A stretch of 64,000 nucleotides of DNA from Amoebidium appalachense. Lineage: Eukaryota; Protista; Ichthyosporea. The stretch's first letter is position 1; each line of letters starts with the position of its first letter. A model generated the notes under the pieces. It did no database searches, was not told where the DNA came from, and worked only from the letters and a program-made list of their open reading frames with translations. Of the stretch, positions 1 to 15,610 are shown piece by piece. Location of the stretch: contig CAVNZM010000003.1 of the NCBI GenBank assembly GCA_963693365.1, positions 7,993,312 to 8,057,311 of the forward strand, in the 5' to 3' direction. The position numbers and the translations under genes are program-made.

Positions 1-255
1 CATGGGTACACCCCAAACGATGATACTTCCATGGATATACACCCTTTAGATATACCCTAAGGATGTACTTATGGACATATCCCCAAGAACGTTTTTTCCA
101 TGGCTATACGCCTATTCACATACTCTTATCGATATGTGCCTTCGGCTACACCTCCTTAATTTATCTCTAGATATACCCCCGTAGATAATCACCATGAAAA
201 TGCACCCATTATCACACCACCATGAATTCATGCCCCCAGGAAAATCCCCCTAAAA
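1..255. repeat. Degenerate short-period repeat array (CATGGATATACCCC-like units), probably within a PLD intron
   Basis: Recurrent ATGGATATAC / GATATACCC / ATGGACATATCCCC variants; truncated by the window edge. Confidence 0.45.
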
Positions 256-533
256 TTTGCCAGAACTGCTTTTTGTGGACGTTGCTTGCAACGTGTCGAC
301 CGAGAGTTCTGTTCACAGACAGACAAGAGATTCATAGGGAGAAGGGGGGATAGGGGATGGTGTGGGCTGAGTTTGGGCGTGTGTGCGTGGGCAAAAAGGG
401 GGCAAGGGAGTGTGGGGGGAGGGGGGGGGGAGGGGAATTAATACACCGGAAGAGTGGTTGAATAGAGAAGATGCACCTTTGTGAGCTAAGAAATGTGAGA
501 CACATGCGCACACGCGCACACACACACACGCGC

Positions 534-634
<101 letters not shown>

Positions 635-678
635 ACACACACACGAACACACACACACGAACACACGAACACACACAG

Positions 679-4755
<4,077 letters not shown>

Positions 4756-5777
4756 GGATTGCCGGAATACGACTCCGAAAACCCTTCAAAATTTTACTGT
4801 AAAAACCTAACTACCCTGAATTGCGGTTTTTTCCCCTTCAAAGCACTGTATGAACCAATGTTTTGTTTGTTTTTTTTTGTTTTTTTTTTCCCTGTTTGTT
4901 TATTTTGTATCTAGAAAGGTTGATTTGACTGGTTTTCGGGCAGCTCTATGTTTGATGTTATAGTTGTTATTTACTGCCATATATATGAAAAATTTTCACA
5001 GATTAAAAAATTTCCAAATATGAAATCAATTTTGTTTATTGCTAATTGATAGTATCAGCCATATAGTCTTAGGTTAGACACTCTGAAAAAGATATTGATA
5101 TTAACGTATTTATCATACACCACTGAACCACCTATTTTTGCAATTTCCGAGAATGAATTGGCCTAATTTTTCCCGGGTCTGTCTTGCACCTGTTTTCATG
5201 ATAAAATCACTTTTCCCACCCCAAATTTCGTATCTCAAATAGCATTGTTCCCTCGACTTTTTTTTTGCTTATTCCGTAATGATATCCAATATTAGTTTGT
5301 TATTCGTAATAGGACACTGTGTTCCTATAGAATGTATATACGATTTGACATTCGGTATGAATAATTGGTTCTGCTCTTTAGCGTTTCCCCTCCTTTTCTC
5401 CATAAAAATGTAAAGATTCCTTCAAACAAGGACTATAATAGAAATTAGTCTGTTGCCCTTGCGAATGACAATTAAAGCCCATGCAATAGCATGGATTTCA
5501 CCATGTCAATCGATTTATGTATTTGAGACATCACACTCTATAATTAGCCCTCGTATAACCCCTATATAATCCCAATAATTGACCCCTCGGGCCAATAGCA
5601 GCGCAAATAAATTGTGCATTTTGAGAGATTGACTTGTTCTGGGTAATTTTCCTTGCAAGAGCCTAGGACTGTATGAGATCATTTATGCAAACCGGCTTAG
5701 TCAGAATCTTTGGTAGACTAATGTAGTTTAACTGAGCCTCGGTTTTTGGTGTTTTTTTTGTTTTTTTTTTTGGGGGT

Positions 5778-5814
<37 letters not shown>

Positions 5815-6088
5815 AACATGAATATGCTTTCTACAACACCACCGTTGGGGTACCGCAGCATCCATGCTCTGCACATACACGTGCCACAAGAGTAGGTTAC
5901 CAGTCACTATGTAATGTTCCTACCACCACCATGACGACCAATTAATTGCAAGCCAGGGTTAAGATTGCCATAGGCTTTCAATTCAATTCGGCCCCAGTGT
6001 TTTTGCTTCCAATATATGGACAAGAATTTCGCAACGTTCACCCTCGGCCCCGCACCCCGCACGCACTCGATCCCTCTGCCTCCCCCCC

Positions 6089-6128
<40 letters not shown>

Positions 6129-7142
6129 CTACACCCTACATATGCATTCCCAAGCTTGATTCCAAGACCAGTACCAACAAAGATCTAGATCACTTCTGCT
6201 GTGCCCGCCCCCCCCCCCCCCCCCCCCCCCCCTCCCCCCCCCCCCCCCCCCTCCCCCCACCCCCACCCCCACCCCCCACCCCCCCCCCGGGGGGCTTTGT
6301 TTTTTTATTTTGTTGCAATTGTTTACATGTAATATTTGTGGGGCACGAGAGTGTGAAACATGTGCATATATCCACGGCGCCCGTGCAGGCAAGAAGGGGG
6401 GGGGGGGGGGGGGAGAAGGCAAGGGGTAGGGGAGGAGGGGGGGGGGGGAGGGGGGTTGCCATCAGAGACATGCAAAAAGACCTTTGTGTACGTATGTGTG
6501 TGCGTGTGTGCACTCTTGTGCACGTCTGTGACTGTGCATGCACGCGCACGTGTGTGTGTATACAGTGTGTGTGTGTGTGTGTGTGTGTGCGTGTGTGCGT
6601 GTGCGTGTGTGTGTGCGTGTGTGTCAGTGCACACATGTGCCATTTTCATTGGCGCCTACATAATACTTCATACCCCCGCAAACAGTCACAAGAACGTGCA
6701 CGTCGACTGCCTCAAAGCTCTGCCTTGCGGGCACGACCAATGCCCAGTTTATTGCCTACTGCTTTCCCCAATGCTTCGAAGAGTGTTTCTGATACACCAA
6801 GGCCACATCCACACCCACATACACATATTTCGAGTTTCTAGTTAGATGCACGATGTTTCACACGACACTTCGATAAGATTCCATATATAGACATAACTCG
6901 GTGATAATGTGTACATGCGGCCAAACTGACAATCAAGCAATATTTAGCCATGCACCTACCAATCACAAAGAGTAGAAAAATTCTCGAATATTGTGTCTTG
7001 ATTTCTCACACGACGACGAAACTAAACTACATGGGCTGTGGCTCAAAAGGGGCGAAAAATGTGGTTGTTATGTACATGTAGTTAGATCAACATTTTCGAA
7101 TCCTGGGAATAAGAGCCAATCAAACGTAATACATTGGGTACA

Positions 7143-7199
<57 letters not shown>

Positions 7200-7365
7200 A
7201 TGCGCATGTGTGGGTGCGGATCTGCATCTGCGTGTGCCTATGTGTGAGCGTGTGGGCACGAGTGCACAAATACACAGCATGGTCAACTGCCACATAAAAA
7301 CAATCAAAATTACATACCAAATCACATCCAAGGAATAAACATCGGGCGCCACTGTCAAATCGTAA

Positions 7366-7376
7366 CTACAGACCCC

Positions 7377-7421
<45 letters not shown>

Positions 7422-8818
7422 AAACTTTGACGTCTAACATCTTTTTGGTGCCCGGGGAAAAGGGTAGTGCCACCGAGGTCCGAAAACTCAAGGCGGACAA
7501 GAGAGGCGGGTGGGCGGATCGTGCGGATGTCGGCATAGGGAGCGTAAAATTAACCTTCAAGTCTTCTAGTGATCACTAGTACGTTGCATTGAGCGAGAAA
7601 CGAATAGGCTGAGTCGGTAGAGAGTGGGGTCCCGTGTAGAACTAACTCCCTTAGGTGCTCGTGCGGTGACGTTGCTTTAATGCATACCAGGCTACTGACT
7701 CGCTGCAGGTGCAGGACGGAATTTCGGGTAGGGGAGGTCATCCAAATTAAACTCGTTGTCCGGCACCCTACGATCCCTAACTTCGCCAGAGCCGAACATT
7801 ATCTGGATCCGCATCAAACGGGATACGAGTGCCAGAAAAACCCTTGATTGTCAGGGTTTTCAGTGGTTGGGTCTGGGCCGATAGGGATGATAATACTTTC
7901 TGTGTGATAACGAGTAAATATTCTCTGTTAGAGAGCTCAAGCGACTCCAGGTGACGGGATTCGAATTGGGGTAGACCGGTCTGCCATTCAACACAGGGGA
8001 GAGACACGCGGCGTAGCCGGGGACACGCCGCCAACATATCCGCATTCACCACCTCTCGCGCCTTAAACACGACCACAAATTTGGCAAATAGGGAATGACC
8101 AGCGTAGGCCCGTCAGCCTTCGCAACCACATGAACATGCGTGAGCTTTGGGCATGCCTCCAGCTGTGATAGGTGGGAAATCTCGTCGCGCGTGTCGATAT
8201 CCACGCACTCGAGGTTCAAGCACGATGGTAGAAAGTCGCCCAGTAGCTCACATGACCCGCGAAGCTTAAGCCGCTTGACCTTACCGTTCGGCGCAAGCGG
8301 TGGGTGTTGAAACCCGGGCCCTGTATTGGCGCCGCTGAACGTGAACTCTTCCATCTTCGTGCAGTTCTCCCACACCCGCTCTGTCTCTGTCGTAGCAATC
8401 GAAATCAAGGTTCACCACCCTTAACTTGCCTCCGGCCGTTTCAAAAAATTTCCCCGGAGGGGTGCCGCATATGAACGTCGGTGCTCCACGCAAAGCCTTT
8501 CCAAGTGCGGAAGTAGAGAAATCTGGCGAAAGGTAGCCACAACTGTTTCCTTGAACTGCTCAGGCGCTTCTTCCGTGTCCAACACCACCGCACCAATGGT
8601 CGCATGCCACGGTGTCGACTTTGCCAACTTGTCCACCATCACGTCATCACTAAAACTGTCGGGGCCGAAAGACATAGACACAAGTCCAGCCTGGGGGGAC
8701 CGTGCAAGGGAACAGAAACGGCGGCAGACCAGTGAAAAGTTCTTGCGGTCGGCCAATGGAAGAAACCGTACGATGTGGGTGATAGTCTCGGGGGGGAGGG
8801 CCAGGAGGGCGCTGTGCT
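7366..8818 (-). pseudogene. F-box + leucine-rich-repeat protein, broken by several frameshifts
   Basis: F-box motif LLALPPETITHIVRFLPLADRKNFSLVCRRF follows a CCCCAG acceptor near 8819. LRR-like segments (LPHLERL, CLNLECVDI, CPKLTHV, CPRLRRVSL, LRELVL) are spread over consecutive ORFs in different frames with no intron-like gaps. Confidence 0.7.
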
Positions 8819-8948
8819 CTGGGGATAGGCACACGTGTTACACACAGGTGGTGATGATGGAAACAAAACAGGTGGGCATAGGCAGTGCAAAATTCACTAT
8901 AGCATCCCTGCTGATGGAGCCCCCCTCCCCCCCCCTCCCCCCCCCCCC

Positions 8949-8979
<31 letters not shown>

Positions 8980-10209
8980 CTCCCCTCTCGTTGCCCCTAT
9001 GGCGTAAAAAAATGGGGGGTGGGGGGGGGGGAGGGGGGGAAGGGGAGAAGATTGAATCTCTGTAGAAAGGCATGTGCATATCCGTTTATGCCTTAAAGAG
9101 GGAGAGATAGAACGAGACAGAGAGCGAGGGGGGAGGGAAAAGGGAAAGGGAAAGTGATAGGGAGAGTCCCGGAAGGAGGAGGGGGGAATAGGAAGGGAGG
9201 GGGAGGGGGAGGGGGGGGATTTGAAGAGGGTGTGCACGTGTGCTACCTTCATGGTGAGCATGTGGATGTGTGTGCATAGTCATGCGGCATGTATGTGAAA
9301 GGTACGAGTGCAGGCAGGATGCATGTGCTTGTGTGTGTGTGTGTTCGTGCGTGTGCGTGCGTGCGTGCGTGCGTGCGTTTATGTGTGTGTGTGTGCGCGC
9401 GCGCGTGCGTGTATGCGTGTGTGCGTGCATGCGTGTGTGTGTGTGTGCATGCGTGTGCGTGTGTGAGTGTGAGTGTGCGTGTGCGCTGCGCACCAATAAT
9501 GCATGTGTCCGACACAGCCGTATTTTTGTGATTAGTTCGTATGTGTCCAGGTCGAGAGGAGGAAAGGCGGGAAAGCCAGCTGGGAGCAAAATACCATTAC
9601 ACAGGTAAAACAGCGAGCAAGGAGTACGGGGGAGGGGGAGAGATGATCTATACAAGAAAACACAAAAATACAAAAACCAGAAAGGTCAAACCTTCAAGAA
9701 AGAGAAAGGGGGAGAGCGGGGTGAGTGCAGGCAGAAGACCCCTCAACAGAGCACATCATCAAGGGGGATCCCGTGCCTTGACAAAGTAACAAATTTCGAC
9801 AATTAAACATCTCGTGCGTGCATCCCAACCCATCCTCTGTTTTAGAGGCAACGAGGGGGGGGAAGGGGGGGGGGGGGGGGGGGGGGAATGCTGTGGTAGG
9901 CGAAAAGAAATGCAAAGATGCACACCGAAAAAAGGTTGCAAGACCAATGCAGACAAGAAAAAACAAACATGGGATTTGAAACTTTGTGTTTCTCCCCCCT
10001 GCTAATTGCCCTCACTTTAGCTGTGTGCGTGTGTGTGTGTGTCGGGTAGGAAGGGAGGTAGGACCGTGACCGTGCAAGTCTGCCTATGTGCTATACCTAA
10101 GCATATTCTATTTTTCACTTCGTGCACACGTGTGCATGTGCGTGTGAGTGTGTGAGTGAGTGAGTGAGTGAGTGAGTTGAGTGAGTGTGTGCGCGAGTGT
10201 TTATTGCAG

Positions 10210-10247
<38 letters not shown>

Positions 10248-10903
10248 CCCGCGCGCGCGTGTGTGCGTGTGTGTGTGTGTGTCTGCGTGTGAGTGTGCGT
10301 CACAGTGTGTGCGTGTGCGTGTGTTGCGTGTGAATGTGCGTGTGCGTGTGCTTGTGTGTGTTCGTGTGGGTTGGTTATACGGGCATGTGGGAGGAAGAAG
10401 GGTAAGAGGGGGAAGGGTGCAATAAAGCGGTGCATTTGCACCATTTTACAAAAAACGTGCGAACAGAACTGTGTTGGTGATTTCGGTGGTGTATATGGCA
10501 CCGACCCAACAGCACAAGGTAATATGACAAGATAAAGAGCGAGCTCCACACACAGAGAGGCATACAGAAACCGAAAGCACGAACTCGTTAATGAGCATTC
10601 GAAGGGAGCAAGGAGTGAGAGTGGCTGAGCAGAGGGTGGGGAATCTGGACCCACCTGCCCTCTCTTGGGCGTGGCTTCGTAGCAGCATAGTGGCCATGAG
10701 AAGGCAAAGACCGTTTGTTGCAGTGGCGACCTAAGCAGTGTGCGTGTTCGAACGTAGGCAGGGATGTGCTATGTTGAACGGACAAAGAACCCCCAAATCA
10801 CGTGTGTGTGTCACGTTTTGCCAAGTATGAGGGTGACGGTGAGGTTGGCTGTTGGGGTTGGCCTGAGAGTGAGCTCACGCGATGCGCATGCTAGTATGAT
10901 GCT

Positions 10904-10932
10904 TAAGGCCTCCGGGAGATCAGGAGGCCTTG
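10904..10932. mobile_element. P-element excision-type footprint: two fused TIR stubs between 8-bp TSDs
   Basis: ATGATGCT(10896-10903)-TAAGGCCTCC-GGGAGATCAGGAGGCCTTG-ATGATGCT(10933-10940). The stubs match the TIR CAAGGCCTCCTAATCTCCCGG seen at 15578-15610. Confidence 0.85.
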
Positions 10933-10949
10933 ATGATGCTACGTCATCG

Positions 10950-11048
10950 GAGCGCCCCACCTTCTGAATTTGGCAGGCAATCTGAGCCTTTTTTTGGTCA
11001 GGGTGTGGAGCGCGGCGCTCCAGTCGACGTCATACGTGAGCTTGACTT
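10950..11048 (-). repeat. Left arm of a diverged inverted repeat pair (partner 14120-14196)
   Basis: Its reverse complement shares TCAAG.TCACGTATGAC, CTGGAGCGCCGCGCTCCA, GGCTCAGAT, CCTGCCA.ATT.AGAAGGTGGG with 14120-14196. Confidence 0.75.
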
Positions 11049-11383
11049 ATAAAATAGTTGGTCCGAGTTGAACAGTCGTGCATAACAGCTATAGTGCATT
11101 TGCATTGGTGGGTATAGATTTTTCTTCTTTTTGGAGTCGCTTGTTATCCACATACCATCCATCATCTGCAGAGCAAAGTTGTGTGCTTATGTCAAAGCTG
11201 TGACGATGGCGTGTGTCCGTAGCGTGTCGGTGTACGTATTGTAGTATTGTAAACTGTTGTTATTCTTTTTACTTGAAAGCACGGATATCGATGTACTAGA
11301 GTGCTCTTGTGCATGTACGCGTGTGTGTGAGCGTCTGTGTGTGTGTGTTTGTGTGTGTGTGTGTATTTGTGTGTGTGTGTGCA

Positions 11384-11457
<74 letters not shown>

Positions 11458-11533
11458 CGCACGCGTACGGTGTGTGCGTGCGTGCGTGCGTGCGTGTGTG
11501 TGTGTGTACGTGGGTGTGTGTGTGTAACGGTCC

Positions 11534-11633
<100 letters not shown>

Positions 11634-12363
11634 CTATTTTTGGGTGCGCGCGTGTGTGTGCCACGGTGTGTGTGCGCGCGTATTCGTGTGTGTGTGCGTA
11701 TACACGTGTCACCGTGATGTGTGTGGGCGCGCGCGTGCGTGTGTGTGTGTGTGTCGTGTCGTCGTGGATGTACTAATAATATTAGGTGTGTTCGTGCTTG
11801 TGCGTTTATGTGTCTGCGTGTGTGTGCGTGTGAACATGTTGTGCACATGTGTGTGTCTGTGCTGGTGTGTGTGTGTGCGTACATGTTTGTGCGTGTGTTC
11901 CGGGTTTTTTTTATTTGGTGTGTGTGTGTGCATATGCGCGCACGTGTGTGCTTGTGTGCGTGTGTGCTTGTGGGCATGTATACCGGCACATGGAGGGGGG
12001 GGGGGGGGGGGGGAGATAATCAATTTTGAAACTAGAGGACGTCACAAAACACACACGTGACATGGTCACCATGCCCTTGGCAGTGTAAGCATTAAGGTTC
12101 GTACACGGGCGTGTTTGTTCACGTGTGGCCGTGCATAGTGCCTGTTGGTGTGTGTGTGTATTGTGTAGCCGCCCAGAGTGCATGCATGTGTTTGCGCATG
12201 TGTGCTTGTGTGGGCTTGCACATATACATTTGAGCCACGTGGCGTTATACGTCAGACTCGGGAAACGCCGAGCACCTGGTTATGGTGCAACACTTTAAGC
12301 AACTTTTTATTTTGCTCTTTCTGGCGTCTCTCTCTCTCTCTCTCTCACTCTCACTCTCACTCA

Positions 12364-12497
<134 letters not shown>

Positions 12498-12519
12498 TTT
12501 TATTACTATCGTCTAACAC

Positions 12520-12990
12520 CTTTTCTTATTTTATCCCGCTTTGTTCCCGGAGGAACCTCTTGGGCCCTCAAGGGGGGACTACCGTCTTCCAATCAGCACG
12601 GACAGTACTCTAGCTAGGGTGCTACGGTATTATTAGCTAAGCTGACACACCTTTAAACAATCCTAAGTATTTGTACACACTTTGCCCAGGGTATTCACCC
12701 CAGCCGCGCCAGTGGGTGCCGTCTAACACCGACGGCAGTGTCGACGTATACATCTTTTTACCCCCCAGGGACCTACCACTAATACTTACACCATGCATAC
12801 GGAAAAGGCAAGCATTTGCGTCGTAGGCTCTAATTATAGAACAACGGGCCACAAGGGCTTTGCAAACGCCGGAAGGGGAATAAAAGGAACTAATTCAAAA
12901 AACAGGAGGTACGACAGCAGCAAAGGGATATCTAATTTGTTCTAGCAGAGTAGCTAAAAGCTGCAGCTAGCATGTGGTCCGGCCACTGTG
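12520..12990 (+). repeat. Dispersed hairpin-rich repeat, copy 1 (homologue at 51380-52190, minus strand)
   Basis: Shared blocks TTTGTTCCCGGAGG, CTACCGT, GCAC.GACAGTAC, TAGGGTGCTA, GCTAAGCT, GTACACACTTTGCCCAGGGT, ACCCCAGCC.CGCC, AGGGACCTACC, TGTTCTAG. Confidence 0.7.
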
Positions 12991-13202
12991 GCAACAATTT
13001 TTCGAATTTTCGAACTTGAACTCTTTGCAGGAAGGCGCACTTGCTAATGGTGATGGGTGTGTGTGTGTGTGTGGGTGGGTGTTTTGCTGCGATTTAGCCA
13101 CTTTGAAAATCATTGAAACATTCATGTACTTGACATTTCTACATTGTGTCTTGACACTCATTACGATACCGTACGTACCAAGCTGCTATCAAACATAACC
13201 AA

Positions 13203-13962
13203 CTACGATGCAGAGCCGGGGATCTTTCTAACAGGCAACTCGACACCTCCAAAAACCCCGGGAATAGCTGGTGCAGGCGCATTGTACGCCGCCTGGGTTG
13301 CAGCAGGGTTACTGGTCCAGGACGGGCGTTTGTCGCTGCCTCTAAACGTCAAGCAAACAGAAGGCATGGGTCTCTGTGCGCAGTAGGCCTCAACTGTTAA
13401 CCCCGCCTGGCACGCAAGGCATGTCGTTGTAAGTGCGCAACAGCATACAACGTCTGGCTGAATAGGTGTGGGTGCCTGTTGATAAGGTACCGCCGGTGCC
13501 ATTTGGGCATCGCCTTGTGGTAGCGCTGGCGGTGCGGCCACTGGTTGTGTATTGAATGCTTCGCGCGAATCATCTGTTTTTGCTTGCTCACCAGCAGAAC
13601 ATACGGTGGGGATATGGCGGCGTGCGCAGTAAATTTTAACGGTGACGTTTGCTTGGCACGCAAGGCACTCTGCTGTCAGCCCACGGCAACAGAAAAATGG
13701 CTCCACACGTGCGGTTTCAACGTTTGCCCACGGTGTGATTAAATATTTGTGAAGATGGAGGTTTGGCAGTGTTAATGTTGGTCATGCGCTTTCTCCTTTT
13801 CATTTCCCTCAAGTTAACGTTTTCTGCTGAGTTACCCAATGTGTGTGCGTTGTGGTTTTCGTTGAGTTGGGTGAATGGTCGTGTGTTCTGTGTTTGGTGG
13901 GTGGGTGCTGACGCTACCACAGCCACCAGGAGAAATGTTTCCAACAAAGTTGTGAACCTCAT
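13203..13962 (-). pseudogene. Secreted protein with two CCxxLTxxCLACQAxxTVxxYC repeats; one frameshift
   Basis: A signal-peptide ORF MRFTTLLETFLLVAVVASA (13962-13717) is followed, in a shifted frame, by an ORF with two copies of the Cys motif separated by a Pro/Ala/Gln linker. Confidence 0.65.
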
Positions 13963-14119
13963 TCTAGAGCCGATAAGGTAACATATTATTAGTTATGCGT
14001 TAATATGTTTGTAAGTGTTAAGGTTTTGAGTATTATGTTAGTTAGCGTCAACTAATGAAGACTTATGAATCGACTTTCGCCTTTAATCTCTCCCTGTATG
14101 ATGGCCGCTGAGCCAAAGT

Positions 14120-14196
14120 TTCAAGGTCACGTATGACTGGAGCGCCGCGCTCCAAACGCTGGCTCAGATCATACCTGCCAGATTTAGAAGGTGGGC
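14120..14196 (+). repeat. Right arm of the diverged inverted repeat pair (partner 10950-11048)
   Basis: Same shared blocks as the partner; abuts the left end of the P-type MITE. Confidence 0.75.
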
Positions 14197-15071
14197 CCTA
14201 ATCTCCCGGGCCTGGAAACTGCGGGGTTCGAATCGGAATCTAAAAATGGAACAGGCTGGTTTGGATCGATCGAGCGGCTGGCTATCAACGCGTACATGTA
14301 GCCTAGGGGGTTAGGGTTTACGTACATGTACTCAAAACACGCGAAGCTTTCCAAGACTCACTGACCCGCGAGAAGAAACATGACTACTTGAAACCGTCAT
14401 ACATGATTATACTATACACACAAACACACATAAATGCACAAATATGTATTTATGTTTCAGCTGTGGAGCTAATGTGGTTGCGTGTGCCAACCAGGGTTGC
14501 AGTGGTATGAGTGGTGGTGGTGGGTGTGGCGTAAGAGGAGAAGGGGGAGGAGGAGGGGGGGGAGGGGGGGGGGGGGAGGGGAGGAGGGGGGAACACTGGC
14601 ACACACACACGCGCGCGCCACACAATACACAAACACCCATGATACACGCTCTCACTCCTGCGCCGAGCAAAGAGCCGATTAACACACAACTTCAGACTCC
14701 GGCGTCGGTACAGTGGAAACGCAAACACGCACACACCCAAACATGTACACAGTAAGCAGTGCACACACGCACGCACGCATATACACAAAAGGCCTAAAAA
14801 AAACACGCACACCCCACATCGGCCGCACAACCACACACACACATACTCACCCTTCCACACACACACTCGATAGCTCTCTCTCGCTCACTCTCACTCTCAC
14901 TCTCACTCTCCCTCCCTCCCTCCCTCTTTTTTTCTAAGCATAAGAAGCTTAAGCCATGTTGTAAGTGTATATACTTGGTTCGGCCCTATTTAATTTTCAA
15001 AAAGAGTTGCTAGATGGACAAGAAAAAGGTCGGAGGGAGCAGAGACTATCGTTTATTGGTACTGCGAGTGT

Positions 15072-15102
<31 letters not shown>

Positions 15103-15610
15103 GGGGGGGGGGGCAAAACCTCTAGTGATGGGTGGAGCGGTAGGCACCGGGAAACCACACGGTTAGCTGTGCAAAGGGAGGAAATGGGGAGGAGCAAACC
15201 TAGCCAACGAGGCACCCCCCCAAAGTGTCAGGATGCGTGGTGGTGGCTGGCACGTATTGACGGTGCCTGGGCTGCTATGAACTTGCCGTTCGCCTTACAC
15301 TCTCGCGACCGCGTGCATGCTTTCTCTCGCGGCGGCTCTACGGTCCCGAGAGTCCAGTGTTCGCTGTGTGTGTAAGGAAAAATACGAGTCACCTCAGTAG
15401 TTGACAGGCTACGAACGATGCGATTGGCCAATTTGCCCGCCAAAACCAGCCTGTTACTATTTTCGGAAAAGGCCTCTCATTTTTGATGCTATTTTCGGAA
15501 CAGGCTGGAATCGGTGATCATTTCGGGTCAGGCTGGAGTAAGCCTGGCCCGGAATTCAGCTTAAGATCGTGACGCATCAGTTTCCAGGCCCGGGAGATTA
15601 GGAGGCCTTG
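14197..15610. mobile_element. Non-autonomous P-superfamily element (MITE-like), family B
   Basis: CCTAATCTCCCGGGCCTGGAAACTG (14197-14221) is the perfect inverse of 15578-15602. The right end continues to AGGCCTTG, giving a CAAGGCC terminus; the left end lacks the outer ~8 bp. Subterminal TTTCGGxxxAGGC repeats lie at 15460-15535. Confidence 0.75.

Noticed and set aside
6650-6845. LPCGH..C motif resembling a RING fragment on the + strand
   Set aside because: Ligand spacing is incomplete and there is no supporting exon structure.
14305-14322. Telomere-like GGGTTAGGGTTTA
   Set aside because: Only about two units; chance level.
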